From Selaginella moellendorffii (Eukaryota > Plantae > Lycopodiophyta), in assembly GCF_000143415.4 (NCBI RefSeq), contig NW_003314517.1:1-18746 (forward strand): a DNA stretch of 18,746 bases, in the 5' to 3' direction. The position numbers were made by a program, and so were the translations under genes. Of this stretch, positions 1 to 9,444 are shown piece after piece; positions within the stretch are counted from its first letter, which is position 1; the number at the start of each line of letters is the position of its first letter. The notes below the pieces were generated by a model. That model was not told the origin of the DNA. It made no database searches and saw only the letters and a list, made by a program, of their open reading frames with translations.

Positions 1-430
1 CTTCCTGCATTGGATGTGTGTGCGTACCAATATGTACTACAACTCTACCAGCCTCTCCATCCCATGGAAGAAAATAGTATATCTTGGCCCCGTAGATGGC
101 ACAACACAATGGAGCATTTTTGCAAAACTGACACTTGAATCCAACACCAATGGTGTCACAGATGAGAGGATTGGTTGCAGATCCTTAAAAAAATATGGAG
201 TTTTTACCACACTCTCAATTGCATGCTTTATTCACACAATCCAAATACCCACCACAATGAACCATGAACACTGTGCCTTTGAAATGCTGGAAATGTGTGG
301 TCTTAATCTTGCACCAGTTGTGAAAGTCCTGCTTCGTCTCGATCCCCTTTTGTTTTGAGCTGACAAAAGGTGGTAGTTCAAAGAAGATATTGCCATTTTA
401 TGTAGATGGGAGCTTGCTAACGGGCCTATC
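1..430 (-). pseudogene. Degenerate N-terminal part of a probable Mutator/MULE-related transposase with a WRKY/GCM-like Zn-binding domain; runs off the left edge
   Basis: Manual minus-strand translation in one frame gives VSKLPST*NGNIFFELPP...QDFHNWCKIKTT...HCGGYLDCVNKACN*ECGKN..FF*GS...KCQFCKNAPLCC...AKIYY...RVVVHIGTHTHP. The pattern C-G-x-L-x-C-x-N-x2-C ... CxxC ... HxGxHxHP resembles GCM-like domains of MULE-type transposases as I recall them. Three in-frame stops are present. The upstream ORF 426-878 (-) may be a frameshifted N-terminal part. Confidence 0.55.
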
Positions 431-914
431 CAGAAAGGAACACACGATAGAGAGGTGTGAAAACTGGAAAGCATTGCAAACAACTTTGAATATCAGTGAA
501 GTTCGAGTTTGGAAAATTCTTAGCTCGCACTAGACTAAAATCTCCATTAGAACTAGAATAGGAAGAAATGATGATGACCGAATCTTGCTTCACATTCACT
601 TTGGCAGGATTGCAGCCTCGCACTTTGATTGGAGATCCAAAAACTCGAATCTCCTTTGACTTGGAATGTTGTAAATCCCAATGTTGTCCACCTTCACCTA
701 CACCTAAAAGAAGAAACTCCGATTGTTCAACTACACCAATGTTGTTGCGAATCACAGCCTCCAATGAAATAGAACTGAGAGAAAGATCAAAACGTCGGCA
801 AAGAAAACTTTCTGAAATAAGACTTTGAGAGAAAAAAAGCGGTGGGTGATCTTGGTAATGCAAAAGGAAACTCTCCATTTTGTTGCCTTTAAGTTTTGGA
901 ACTTTAAACTTTTA

Positions 915-1190
915 TAAAGAAATGTCACCTCAAACATGCGCTATGCCATTATGTGAAAAGAAAGGGCGATTTTATTCTAGGATCTAACATTGAATAATGT
1001 TGTTATAATAAATTCTATATGAAGTATATAGGACTATGTTGTACAATATTAAAAGTCTGTATACATTGAATTCAAAAACATGCTCCAATTTATTATATGG
1101 ACTAACTTTTGGTAGAACGGAAAGAAATATCACCTCAAGCATATGCCATAATATGAAAGATATGAATGATTTTATTCTAGGATCTACCAT
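915..1190. repeat. Diverged direct duplication with about 200-bp period, next to the gap
   Basis: GATTTTATTCTAGGATCTA occurs at 968-986 and 1168-1186. It is preceded by AAGAAATGTCACCTCAAACAT and AAGAAATATCACCTCAAGCAT respectively. Confidence 0.75.
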
Positions 1191-1195
1191 CAACT

Positions 1196-1605
1196 NNNNN
1201 NNNNNNNNNNNNNNNNNNNNNNNNNNNNNNNNNNNNNNNNNNNNNNNNNNNNNNNNNNNNNNNNNNNNNNNNNNNNNNNNNNNNNNNNNNNNNNNNNNNN
1301 NNNNNNNNNNNNNNNNNNNNNNNNNNNNNNNNNNNNNNNNNNNNNNNNNNNNNNNNNNNNNNNNNNNNNNNNNNNNNNNNNNNNNNNNNNNNNNNNNNNN
1401 NNNNNNNNNNNNNNNNNNNNNNNNNNNNNNNNNNNNNNNNNNNNNNNNNNNNNNNNNNNNNNNNNNNNNNNNNNNNNNNNNNNNNNNNNNNNNNNNNNNN
1501 NNNNNNNNNNNNNNNNNNNNNNNNNNNNNNNNNNNNNNNNNNNNNNNNNNNNNNNNNNNNNNNNNNNNNNNNNNNNNNNNNNNNNNNNNNNNNNNNNNNN
1601 NNNNN
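1196..1605. other. Assembly gap (N run)
   Basis: 410 consecutive N. Confidence 0.99.
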
Positions 1606-1689
1606 TGAGAGTGGGAGATTGGGAGTGACTGTGGGATCCATCAGCGATGAACAGAATGCCACCAAGAGTAAGTTTTTTACTCCTCCACT

Positions 1690-2215
1690 CCCACACCACG
1701 TCCAGTGCCGCCACTGCCTAGGGCCGCCGCTGCCCATCACCGCCATGCCCAGTGCTGCCGCGCCCACGCCATGCCACGCCCAGCGCCGCCACTGCCCAGG
1801 GCCACCGCTGCCCAGCACCACCGCTGCCAAGTGCCCAGGCCGGGCATCAGGCCGGGCATTTGGCCGGGCACTCCGCCCGGGCAGGCCATCGGTACACCAG
1901 CGAACCGGCACCCGTGCCAAGTGCCTGTGCCAAGTGCCCGGGCCAGGCACTCTGCGCAGGGCCGGCAAAGGCACTTGGGGGCAGGCCGGCCAAGGCGCTT
2001 GGGGGCGGGCCAGTTTGCTGGCGAACCGGCCCTCCCCCAAGCACCTTGGCCGGCCCGCGTCAAGTGCCCGGCCTAGTCAGTTGGACTTGACGCTGGGAGG
2101 AGGGCCGGTTTGCCAGCGAATCGGCCCGCACCAAATGCCCAGCTAGGGCACTTGGACTTGGCATTGGGAGGAGGGCTAGTTCGCCAGCGAACCGGCTCCT
2201 ACACCAAGTCCTTGC
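1690..2215. repeat. GC-rich region built from short reiterated motifs, probably internal repeats of a DNA transposon
   Basis: Repeated GCCGGGCA, GCCAAGTGCC and CCAGCGAA(C/T)CGGC motifs. A 71-bp-period duplication TTGGACTTG..TGGGAGGAGGGC..GTT.GCCAGCGAA starts at 2081 and 2152. Confidence 0.7.
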
Positions 2216-2262
2216 CCCAAAGTCCTCGCTTCTTATGCATTTTTAATTTATATTATTTTCAG

Positions 2263-4105
2263 AAACGGAAGCAATTACAAAAGGAGAAGGATGTTGGATC
2301 AAATAGAAGACATGAGGAAGATGAGATCCAGGATGACAATCAAGTTGGCCTTCAGATAGAGATTTCCACAGCGACAACTCTGCCGTCTTCACAACCAGAT
2401 AGCTCTAGTCCACATGCACCCCCATTTTTGCCACCACCACCATCGATGCCACCACCACCATTACCACTGCCACCACCATTGCCACCTCTACCTTCATCAC
2501 CACCATTACCACCACCGTCATCACCACCATTACCACCAATGCCATCATCGCCATTATTACCACCACTACCGCCACCATCATCACCACCAGCAGCGCGATT
2601 GTCGTCACTACCATTGCAGCCACAACCACAAATGCCACTACTCTTAACATATTCACAAAATATGGCAGAAACTAACTACATTACAAAGTAGTGCCCAAGT
2701 GCGCCTGACGGGGGTGTTAGGCCCAAGCTGAGGGCTAGATCTGATAATGGTGCTACTGGAGGTGTAGCTGAATCTGAAAGAGAAGTGGAGTTACTTAAAC
2801 ACATTGTAGACAAGCACTTACAAGAGACAGTTTTGAGAACCAAAGAAAAGGCCATTCACACGACTCTAGAGTTTCTCAAGTGGGAAGGCCCGGGAGACAT
2901 AATCCGAGAAATCCCACTATGTCGATTCACTCAGACAAGCATCATTCGGTCTGCTTCACCACACTTCATCAACATGAACATCTATAGTCTGTACAAACAT
3001 AATGGCCTTAGGACAAACATAGGTATGTTCCTTGTTTCGGTCTTCAAGCCAGGAACGACAAATACCCTCTCGGTGTCACCAGAAATTGAGAGGGTTTGGG
3101 ATGACATTTGGAAAATGAAGTCCTGCAAATTTGACAACATGCTTATGAGCCATCTTGAGACTCAACAATTTGTGGGGAAAATGTTCTACATTATCGACGG
3201 GAATCATCGCTGGTGTGCGTGGATAAAGTGCATCAATGAATGCTTCCGAGACAATCCTGTCTATCACATCAATGTTCTGGCTGGACATGTACATACGAGA
3301 GGATCTCTAGATGTGGCAAGGCTTGTGATAGCTTGCCACAAAATTAATGCATAGGTACCACTCCCTCTTCAATCACTTTTAACAATTTGTGTTTTGCAAG
3401 TTAGGATAGTTTGCAGTGCAGAAACGAAGCCTAGTACATGATATTGAGCAAATCCGGTTTCTTGCCAATCTCGACGAGGATGCAGTCTGCAGCCACTATG
3501 GTGATGATTTAGCATCACTTATTCGGCATCATCGAGGTCGTCAAGATGCCAATAGATGGTACAAGAATCCAATGGCTTTTATAACAACTGTGTCTAGCAC
3601 CTTTTATAGGGGATGATCTTGAGCAATTTCCATTCAAGGACTTCATCACCACTAAGCTTATAAAACTCGGAGAGGACTGGCTGCCAAAGAAGGCCACAAA
3701 CACGACTCCATTTGATAAACAACTTGGCCAACTTTACTTCATGCGTCGAGCGGCTTTTAGGTAACATACAATTTCTCAACTATACTCAATTTGTTTATAT
3801 TCTATTATAGGTATCTCTAATATAGAGGTGTTCCTCTCGAAACACCGGTATGCACACGACTCCTGAGGCATGGTGTGAGAGATGGAGGCATGTACCCGAC
3901 AACAATGAAGTTTCCAGTGGCAATAAAGCAAGCTTGTCCTTGGGAATTAGAGATGCCAGATTATACACCAACCCACCAAGAAGCTACAAGAGGCAACAAT
4001 GAAGACATGCCGAATGACAAAGATGATGGCCATGAGAATGTCAACACTGTTGGTGCCAATGGCGAGGAGACTGAAGATGGCGGTCATAATGATTTGCAAC
4101 TTTAA
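2263..4105 (+). pseudogene. Decayed multi-exon gene: Pro-rich N-terminal region followed by a ParB/sulfiredoxin-like domain
   Basis: Acceptor ttttcag at 2256-2262 opens one reading frame to 3354, broken by a single TAG at 2689; ORFs 2110-2691 and 2785-3354 are in the same frame. Motif FYIIDGNHRWCAW at about 3184-3222. Further GT-AG introns near 3355-3400 and 3761-3810, with stops and a frameshift downstream. The 3' end is uncertain. Confidence 0.55.
2410..2645 (+). repeat. Imperfect (CCA)n trinucleotide tract encoding a poly-Pro/Ser linker
   Basis: CCACCACCA/TCACCACCATTACCA reiteration; translates as PPPPSMPPPPLPLPPP... Confidence 0.9.
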
Positions 4106-4265
4106 AATTTTCATATAAAAACTATGAAGTTCTTTATTTTGCCTCATATCTAGAACTGGAAGAGTATCAAGTAAAATTTGAAAAACAATATAAAACTGAG
4201 AAACTCTATATTATCCTATAAATTACAAGGATTAACACTGACAAAGAGTCTAAAATTAACATCAT

Positions 4266-4895
4266 TAATCTAGAGGGCACAAAATCCAACTTCTGGACAT
4301 GTTTTAAGATTGATGTCATGATGGTTAAACACTAAACAACTTAAAAGAGCTAAAGATTGTTCTAGCTATTTGAAAACTTGCCTCAATCTAACCAAGCACC
4401 TAGCTTCATTATTTGTTATTCTTTGCATTCAAGTATGCAAAGAAATCAGTAGAATTGAACGATTGGTTCCTCAAGGTATGAAAAAAACAAGAAACCTGGA
4501 TCAATTCATATATATATATATATATATTTCTCTCTCTCCATTTGACTCATCCTTTCTATAATTTTGCAGACTCGTCAAAAAAGGGGAACTCATTCACCCT
4601 GTACCACAACAGAACTTGCAGGGGTGAGCTTTTGAGTGTTCTGAAGCTACTTTCTTGTTTTGACTTCCAGGTTCCTTGGATTCAATTCAGAAAGGCCTGT
4701 AGGAAAACGTTTCCCTGTAAAAAGGTCAACAGGTCAAAGGTGCGAATATTCTCTCTACAAAAATCAACAATCCCGCCATTTTCTTCATCGCATCTCCCTA
4801 GCTCTCCAGCTTCCACTCGATCTCTGCCCACTTGAGGTGAGATGCATGGACCCTACAAGAAGCCAGCCGTGGACACCACGCTGTTGCATCTCCCG
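4266..4895 (+). repeat. Left arm of a long diverged inverted repeat
   Basis: The reverse complement matches 10223-10706 and 15817-16082. Examples: GAGATGCATGGACCCTACAAGAAGCCAGCCGTGGACACCACGCTGTTGCATCTCCCG versus about 10223-10280, and TAGAGGGCACAAAATC versus GATTTTGTGCCCTCTA at 16062-16077. Contains (AT)10 at 4508-4527. Confidence 0.9.
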
Positions 4896-5119
4896 TCAAT
4901 GTGCTGTTTACCAATCCTGTTCCTTGAACCGAACCTGACTACAAGAATGTCGGAAGCCCTTGAGTTGTTCAGCAACCTTGATCGAGAACAACTCGGCCTG
5001 GCAGAAATGCAATGAACTGGCAACGAATTCATATTTCTGAATCGAAATCAGCATGCTGAAAAAGACCAAGACTACAAAGATGACAAAAAGGAGCAAGTAA
5101 ATCTAAACAACTACAACGA

Positions 5120-6535
5120 TCAGCTGCAAACAGACATGTTAGAAGCCAAGCAGAGAATCAGAGTAATGAAAGAAACTCACCAAACAGATTGCCAGGCAGG
5201 ATCGCAGAGGATGTCGCGCGCGGATGGACGCTGGTCGCGTCTTGCTGCGACCAGCTCCAACACCTTGGGCGCAATTGATGGGTGTTGGTACGCCCAGTCT
5301 GCTGGTAAAACGCCATCCCGGACGTCAATCAATACCGACTCCCTTTCCTACACAGATTCACCAAACTAAGCAAGCACGTTGCACAAACTGCAGCCAAACC
5401 TGGTCCGGGGGACACCTCCAATGAAGTTCGAAGAGTATAACTCCAAGCGCAAGCATGTCAGTGTAGGTTGAGTTGCTCCGGCGCTGGGGAGAGTAGTAAA
5501 CTGCTCTCCCCTTCTTGATATTTTCGGTCTCGAGCATGGACTCCTTATTTTTAGCTGTAAGCCAACAAATGAGAGATGGAAGAGATGTTTCATTTGCCTA
5601 CCAAGACCGAAATCTCCCAGCTTGATGCGTCCATCGTCTGTGACGAAGATGTTGTGTGGTGCTATATCCCGATGAACACCCACGTTGTCGTGCACATGCG
5701 CCACAGCTTGAAGAAGCTGCCTAAACGCATCTGCAGGTGGTGACTCACCGCCGAGGAGCACCGACTGGAGCGAGCGGCCACAAAACTCCATGACAATGTA
5801 CACTTTCGACTTGCCCGGCTCGCCTTCCTCCTTCCACATGTCGAAGTATTTGACTATGTTGGGGTGTTCGCAGCGCTGGAGCATCTCTCCCTCCTTGAAG
5901 ACGAGCGCGACATCCTGGTCTCTGGACTTCGTTGCTGTGCGAACCTTGATGACTTTGATGGCGTAGATTTGTTCGTCCTCCTTGCTACGGCACTTGTATA
6001 CTTTCCCGGACGCCCCCTGGCCAACACAAGCGAGCACTTCGTAGCTGCTGCAGAAGCGGCCTGGACAAGAGAGACAAGGGGCCACTCAGAAGCGAAAAGA
6101 TGCCAAAGAGAGAAATTATTGTATCCACCTGCTGCTGCAACTGGAGTGTCCCCTCCCTTTTGGATCGATTCCACGATCCCGCTCACAACATTCGCCGAGA
6201 GCATCTTGAATCTCTCCAAGCGTTGCGCCATTGCGAGGAATTGCCGAACATATTCTGCAAGTCATGAATCAAACCAGCAAAGAGTCGTGTCAGCCAACAA
6301 AAGGAATTCTTCGTACCAGCGTCAGGAGCAGCCTGCAACGCGGATGCATCATGATCAGTTTCTCCTGCTCCTGCTTCAACGAGGATCTTCGTCAGACAAG
6401 TGCAGATGTTTCAAGTTTTGACCAACCTGATCGAGCTCGGTTAATCGGATCCAGTGGGCGGGTCCTTTCGAGCATGACGTCGGATCGCTTCTGAGTGTGT
6501 AGTTTCTTCGGACCAGCAGCTCTCTTCCTCTCCAT
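5120..6535 (-). CDS. Ser/Thr protein kinase, GCN2/eIF2alpha-kinase-like, single kinase domain, predicted 357 aa; exons 6535-6427, 6370-6317, 6254-6129, 6060-5602, 5554-5400, 5347-5181, 5123-5120
   Basis: The start lies in a CCACCATGG context. Six GT-AG introns (56, 62, 68, 47, 52, 57 nt) all keep frame with no internal stop. Motifs: GQGASGKV, YAIK, alphaC Glu (FKEG), HPNIVKY, YIVMEFC, HRDIAPHNIF, KLGDFGLAK (joined across an intron), YYSPQ, DMLALGVILFELHW, ERESVLIDVRDGVLP, RPSARDIL. If the last intron is retained, the protein ends at TGA 5179-5177 with the same length. Confidence 0.88.
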
Positions 6536-6863
6536 GGTGGACTCTGGTCAGTGTTAACATTGTGAGTCGTTGCTGAAAGCACAAAAGAGATTGAGGAGTC
6601 GTTACTGCACTTATCCAACGGCTGGAGCCTAGAATGCGCACATCAGCTGTCCGTCAATGGATTCACAACAAACTTGCTACAATTGCATGCTCACCTCCTT
6701 CCGCCTCGCCAACAGTAGGCCGCAAACCAGCAGCGCACTCACCTCTGCCCTTGCCAGACGATCACGGCAGCCCTAGATTTGGAATCTAAGCTGCATTGAG
6801 GATCGACGCGCTCCTCCGGCTCCCTTGGGCTTTGCCAATAGTAGGGTACAAGAATACAAAAAG

Positions 6864-6896
6864 GCCACGTCGGATAGAGTTTAGGGCAGACGTGGC
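6864..6896. promoter_or_regulatory. Two ACGTGGC (ABRE/G-box-like) elements in inverted orientation in the short intergenic region between the divergent genes
   Basis: GCCACGTC (6864-6871) and GACGTGGC (6889-6896) form a perfect 8-bp inverted pair with a 17-nt spacer. Confidence 0.45.
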
Positions 6897-6961
6897 ACCT
6901 TTGGTCACCTTTTGTGGCCCTTCTACATTTCCACGGAATACGAGTCATTTTTTAGGGTATC

Positions 6962-7549
6962 ATGAAGAAGACACTCATTCTCGATCTAGACAATACACTG
7001 GTATACGCTCATAAGGATCTCGTCTCTTCTGTGAGTTTCAGCATGGAATTCGACGATGATGCACCACTCCACATCATGAAGAGACCAGGCGTAGATGAAT
7101 TTCTGGGGAAGGTTTCAAAAGTGTACGATATCGTGGTGTTTAGTGCCGCCCAGGAGAAGTATGTCAACCTTGTGGTTGACCATCTGGATCCTACTGGGGG
7201 GCTTGTGTCGAGGAGGCTACATGGTGGCAATTGCGTTGTTCTAAAGGACGGGACGAAAGTCAAGAATCTTGACCATGTAGGGTTTCGGGATTTCAAGCGG
7301 GTGGTGGCACTGGATGACATTATTGACTTCTACCAAGGTCATCAAGAGAGCGTGGTGGTGGCTCCAAAGTTTGAGGGGTCAAAGGATGACCACTTCTTGG
7401 CAGATGTAACCCCATTCCTTCTTGCGCTGTCAAAGTGTGTGGATTTTACCAAAGTTACCCATCGCTGGAATATTGGACAATGTGTGGAGAAGCAAGGCAA
7501 ATTGTACGTCCTAGATTCATTCGATGATGAATGGGTTGTTTTTAACTGA
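6962..7549 (+). CDS. FCP1/SCP (NIF domain) CTD-small-phosphatase-like HAD phosphatase, 195 aa, intronless
   Basis: LILDLDNTLV (DxDxT motif I), KRPGVDEFL, VVFSAAQEKY...LDP (motif II), VKNL (motif III Lys) and VALDD (motif IV) in an uninterrupted ORF. Confidence 0.9.
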   Translation: MKKTLILDLDNTLVYAHKDLVSSVSFSMEFDDDAPLHIMKRPGVDEFLGKVSKVYDIVVFSAAQEKYVNLVVDHLDPTGGLVSRRLHGGNCVVLKDGTKVKNLDHVGFRDFKRVVALDDIIDFYQGHQESVVVAPKFEGSKDDHFLADVTPFLLALSKCVDFTKVTHRWNIGQCVEKQGKLYVLDSFDDEWVVFN

Positions 7550-8015
7550 TTATGTTATTTTGTAATAAATGTTATAATTTTTCTGCCAAAGTGTAGTTTA
7601 TGCAAATGAATCTTAGTGAACTTTTGAGCTCAGGATTTCCTACATGTCTCATGTAAAACAAAATGGTAAAACAAGAAAAACAGCACACCAAAATTTCAAG
7701 CTCTTTTGCCAAGGAAATCCCCTTTACATTGAGAGCCCACAGCTTTGCAACACCCCATGAACACCAATAGGAGCACGTGCCCACCTCAAACAACAAGCGA
7801 GACTTCAAAAAGGACATCACTGATCCAACATTTGATGCCGGAGGATAAGATGCTTAGAAGACTGATTGCTTCTGAGTTCCTTTATGTCTGTTGTTTAGTG
7901 CCTATGTGAAGCTATTGACAAAAAATGTGATGATCCATATGAAGCTCTTCACAGGATCATGGAGAGAGAGAGTGTGTCTTTGCCATGACATCCAGCGAAG
8001 TAGCAAGAGGAGTGA

Positions 8016-8369
8016 TCGCGGTGCCTCCTGCAGGCATCTCCACGCCAAATCGCGACTCTTCTGCGCCAATGTGGTGATTCCAACTCCCTCCCGCGAGGGA
8101 AGCTCTTGCACCGCCGCCTGGCCGCCACCCTCGACCTACGCCACCACCCCTTGTTCAGCAATCCCCTCATCCTCATGTATGGCAAGTGCTCCGGCCTCCC
8201 GGACGCATGGTCCGTCTTCCACGATCTCGTCCACAAGAACGCCTTCTCCTGTAACATCATGATCTCGACGCTCTGCGCAAACGGCCAGAGCGCGCAAGCG
8301 ATTGATCTCTTCCTCGCCCTCGCCAGCGATTCAGTCGTCCGCCCCACCCACGTCTCGTTCGTCGCCGCG
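8016..8369 (+). pseudogene. Fragment of a PLS-class pentatricopeptide repeat gene (about 2-3 motifs), 5' half of a chimera
   Basis: The frame after TGA at 8013 reads ATLLRQCGDSNSLPRGKLLH...NPLILMYGKCSGLPDAWSVF..LVHKNAFSCNIMISTLCANGQSAQAIDLF...RPTHVSFVAA, matching PLS-PPR L/S/P motif wording. There is no clear in-frame ATG before the first motif. Confidence 0.8.
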
Positions 8370-8967
8370 AAAAGAGTGCTTGGATTGTTCTCGGAGTCAC
8401 TGGGACTGGAAAGTGGTGCTCTGGAGGAAGCTTTTGGAGGAGAGAGGCATGCGATGAGGATGAACTACTATCCACCTTGTCCGGAGCCGGAGCTTACAAT
8501 CGGACTGGACGCTCACGCGGATCCAAACGGTTTCACTATACTCCAGCAGGACACCAGGGTGAAAGATGGCCTCCAGATTGTACACTGTGGAGCGTGGGTG
8601 CCGATCAAACCTCTGCCTGGCGCCTTTGTTGTCAACATTGGAGATCAACTTCAGGTAAGCTTTCTTTCGATCGTCATAGTCGTGCATGCATGAGATTTCC
8701 AGGTTTTGATTGTGTGTTATTCAGATTCTTTCCAATGATGCGTACAAGAGTGTGGAGCACCGAGCAGTTGTCAACTCGGAGCGAACTCGAGTCTCCATTG
8801 CTTCATTCTATGGGCCAGCAGAAGATAGTCACATTGCTCTGCTGGCGCAGCTGGTCGCTGACGAAGCGCCTGCTTGCTTCAAAGATAGCGTCTATGGAAA
8901 TTACCTTCAATCGTTCTACGCTTCAAAACTAGATGGCAAAGCAGCCATTGAGACTGTGAGGTATTAA
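8370..8967 (+). pseudogene. C-terminal catalytic half of a DOXC-class 2-oxoglutarate/Fe(II) dioxygenase, fused in frame to the PPR fragment; intron 8655-8724
   Basis: MRMNYYPPCPEP, HADP (HxD), GLQI, VVNIGDQLQ|ILSN, SVEHRAVVN (distal His), RVSIASF (RxS). A 70-nt GTAAGC..TTCAG intron sits at the usual plant 2OGD position. The N-terminal DIOX_N part is missing. Confidence 0.85.
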
Positions 8968-9444
8968 ACTTTGTCTGCGTCTCGTTTAGGTTATGGTCAT
9001 CCCACTCATTTCCATCCCTCCCTTAGCCATACATCTGTGGGTTGTTGATGCAATAGCTAATGCAGAGGGTCTCAATCTTTCATACAGCCGCCTTGCTCTA
9101 TTGATTTGATCCAACATAGAAAACTGGTGACATGCCAGAAAGAAAAGAAGTATACATGTAACGAAACAAATCAAGGAATTCTTTTCTGCTTTCTTTCCTT
9201 CTGGCAAGTCAATAATTTTCAGCTGGATCGAACCAACAAAGCAAGGTGGGAGATGTCTGAAGTTCTTAGAAAGATTGAAATTGTTGGCGGAGGTGCAACT
9301 TAATGAAACGTACCACATGTTCTAATTGTCTTGCTCTCATTCGATGAGCAGACTAGTATGAAGAAAGGATGACAAAAACCTCCTGTTGTTTACGAAGTTC
9401 TTGGAATTGTCATGTATGGCTCGCAAAAGCACAGAAAGCTTCAA

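Noticed and set aside
1036-2040. Long ORFs 1036-1608, 1177-2040 and 1190-1714
   Set aside because: Artefacts of translating through the N gap.
1619-2146. Several overlapping ORFs on both strands in the GC-rich block
   Set aside because: Low-complexity GC-rich repeats lack stops by composition, and no domain motifs are present.
2405-2656. Poly-His/Cys (2414-2647 +) and poly-Val/Met (2405-2656 -) ORFs that look metal-binding or membrane-like
   Set aside because: They are alternative frames of the (CCA)n poly-Pro tract.
4255-4275. Search for a MULE-type 9-bp or hAT-type 8-bp TSD around the outer ends of the inverted repeat (compared with 16078-16095)
   Set aside because: No convincing direct repeat was found, so a defined transposon boundary is not claimed.
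4660-4938. Near-identical peptides (LQLPLDLCPLE.RCMDPTRSQPWTPRCCISR) in ORFs 4660-4938 + and 10186-10443 -
   Set aside because: Explained by DNA-level identity of the repeat arms. The upstream parts are in different frames, so there is no sign of coding constraint.
5864-6421. 185-aa + strand ORF
   Set aside because: Antisense shadow of the kinase exons, with no recognisable motifs.
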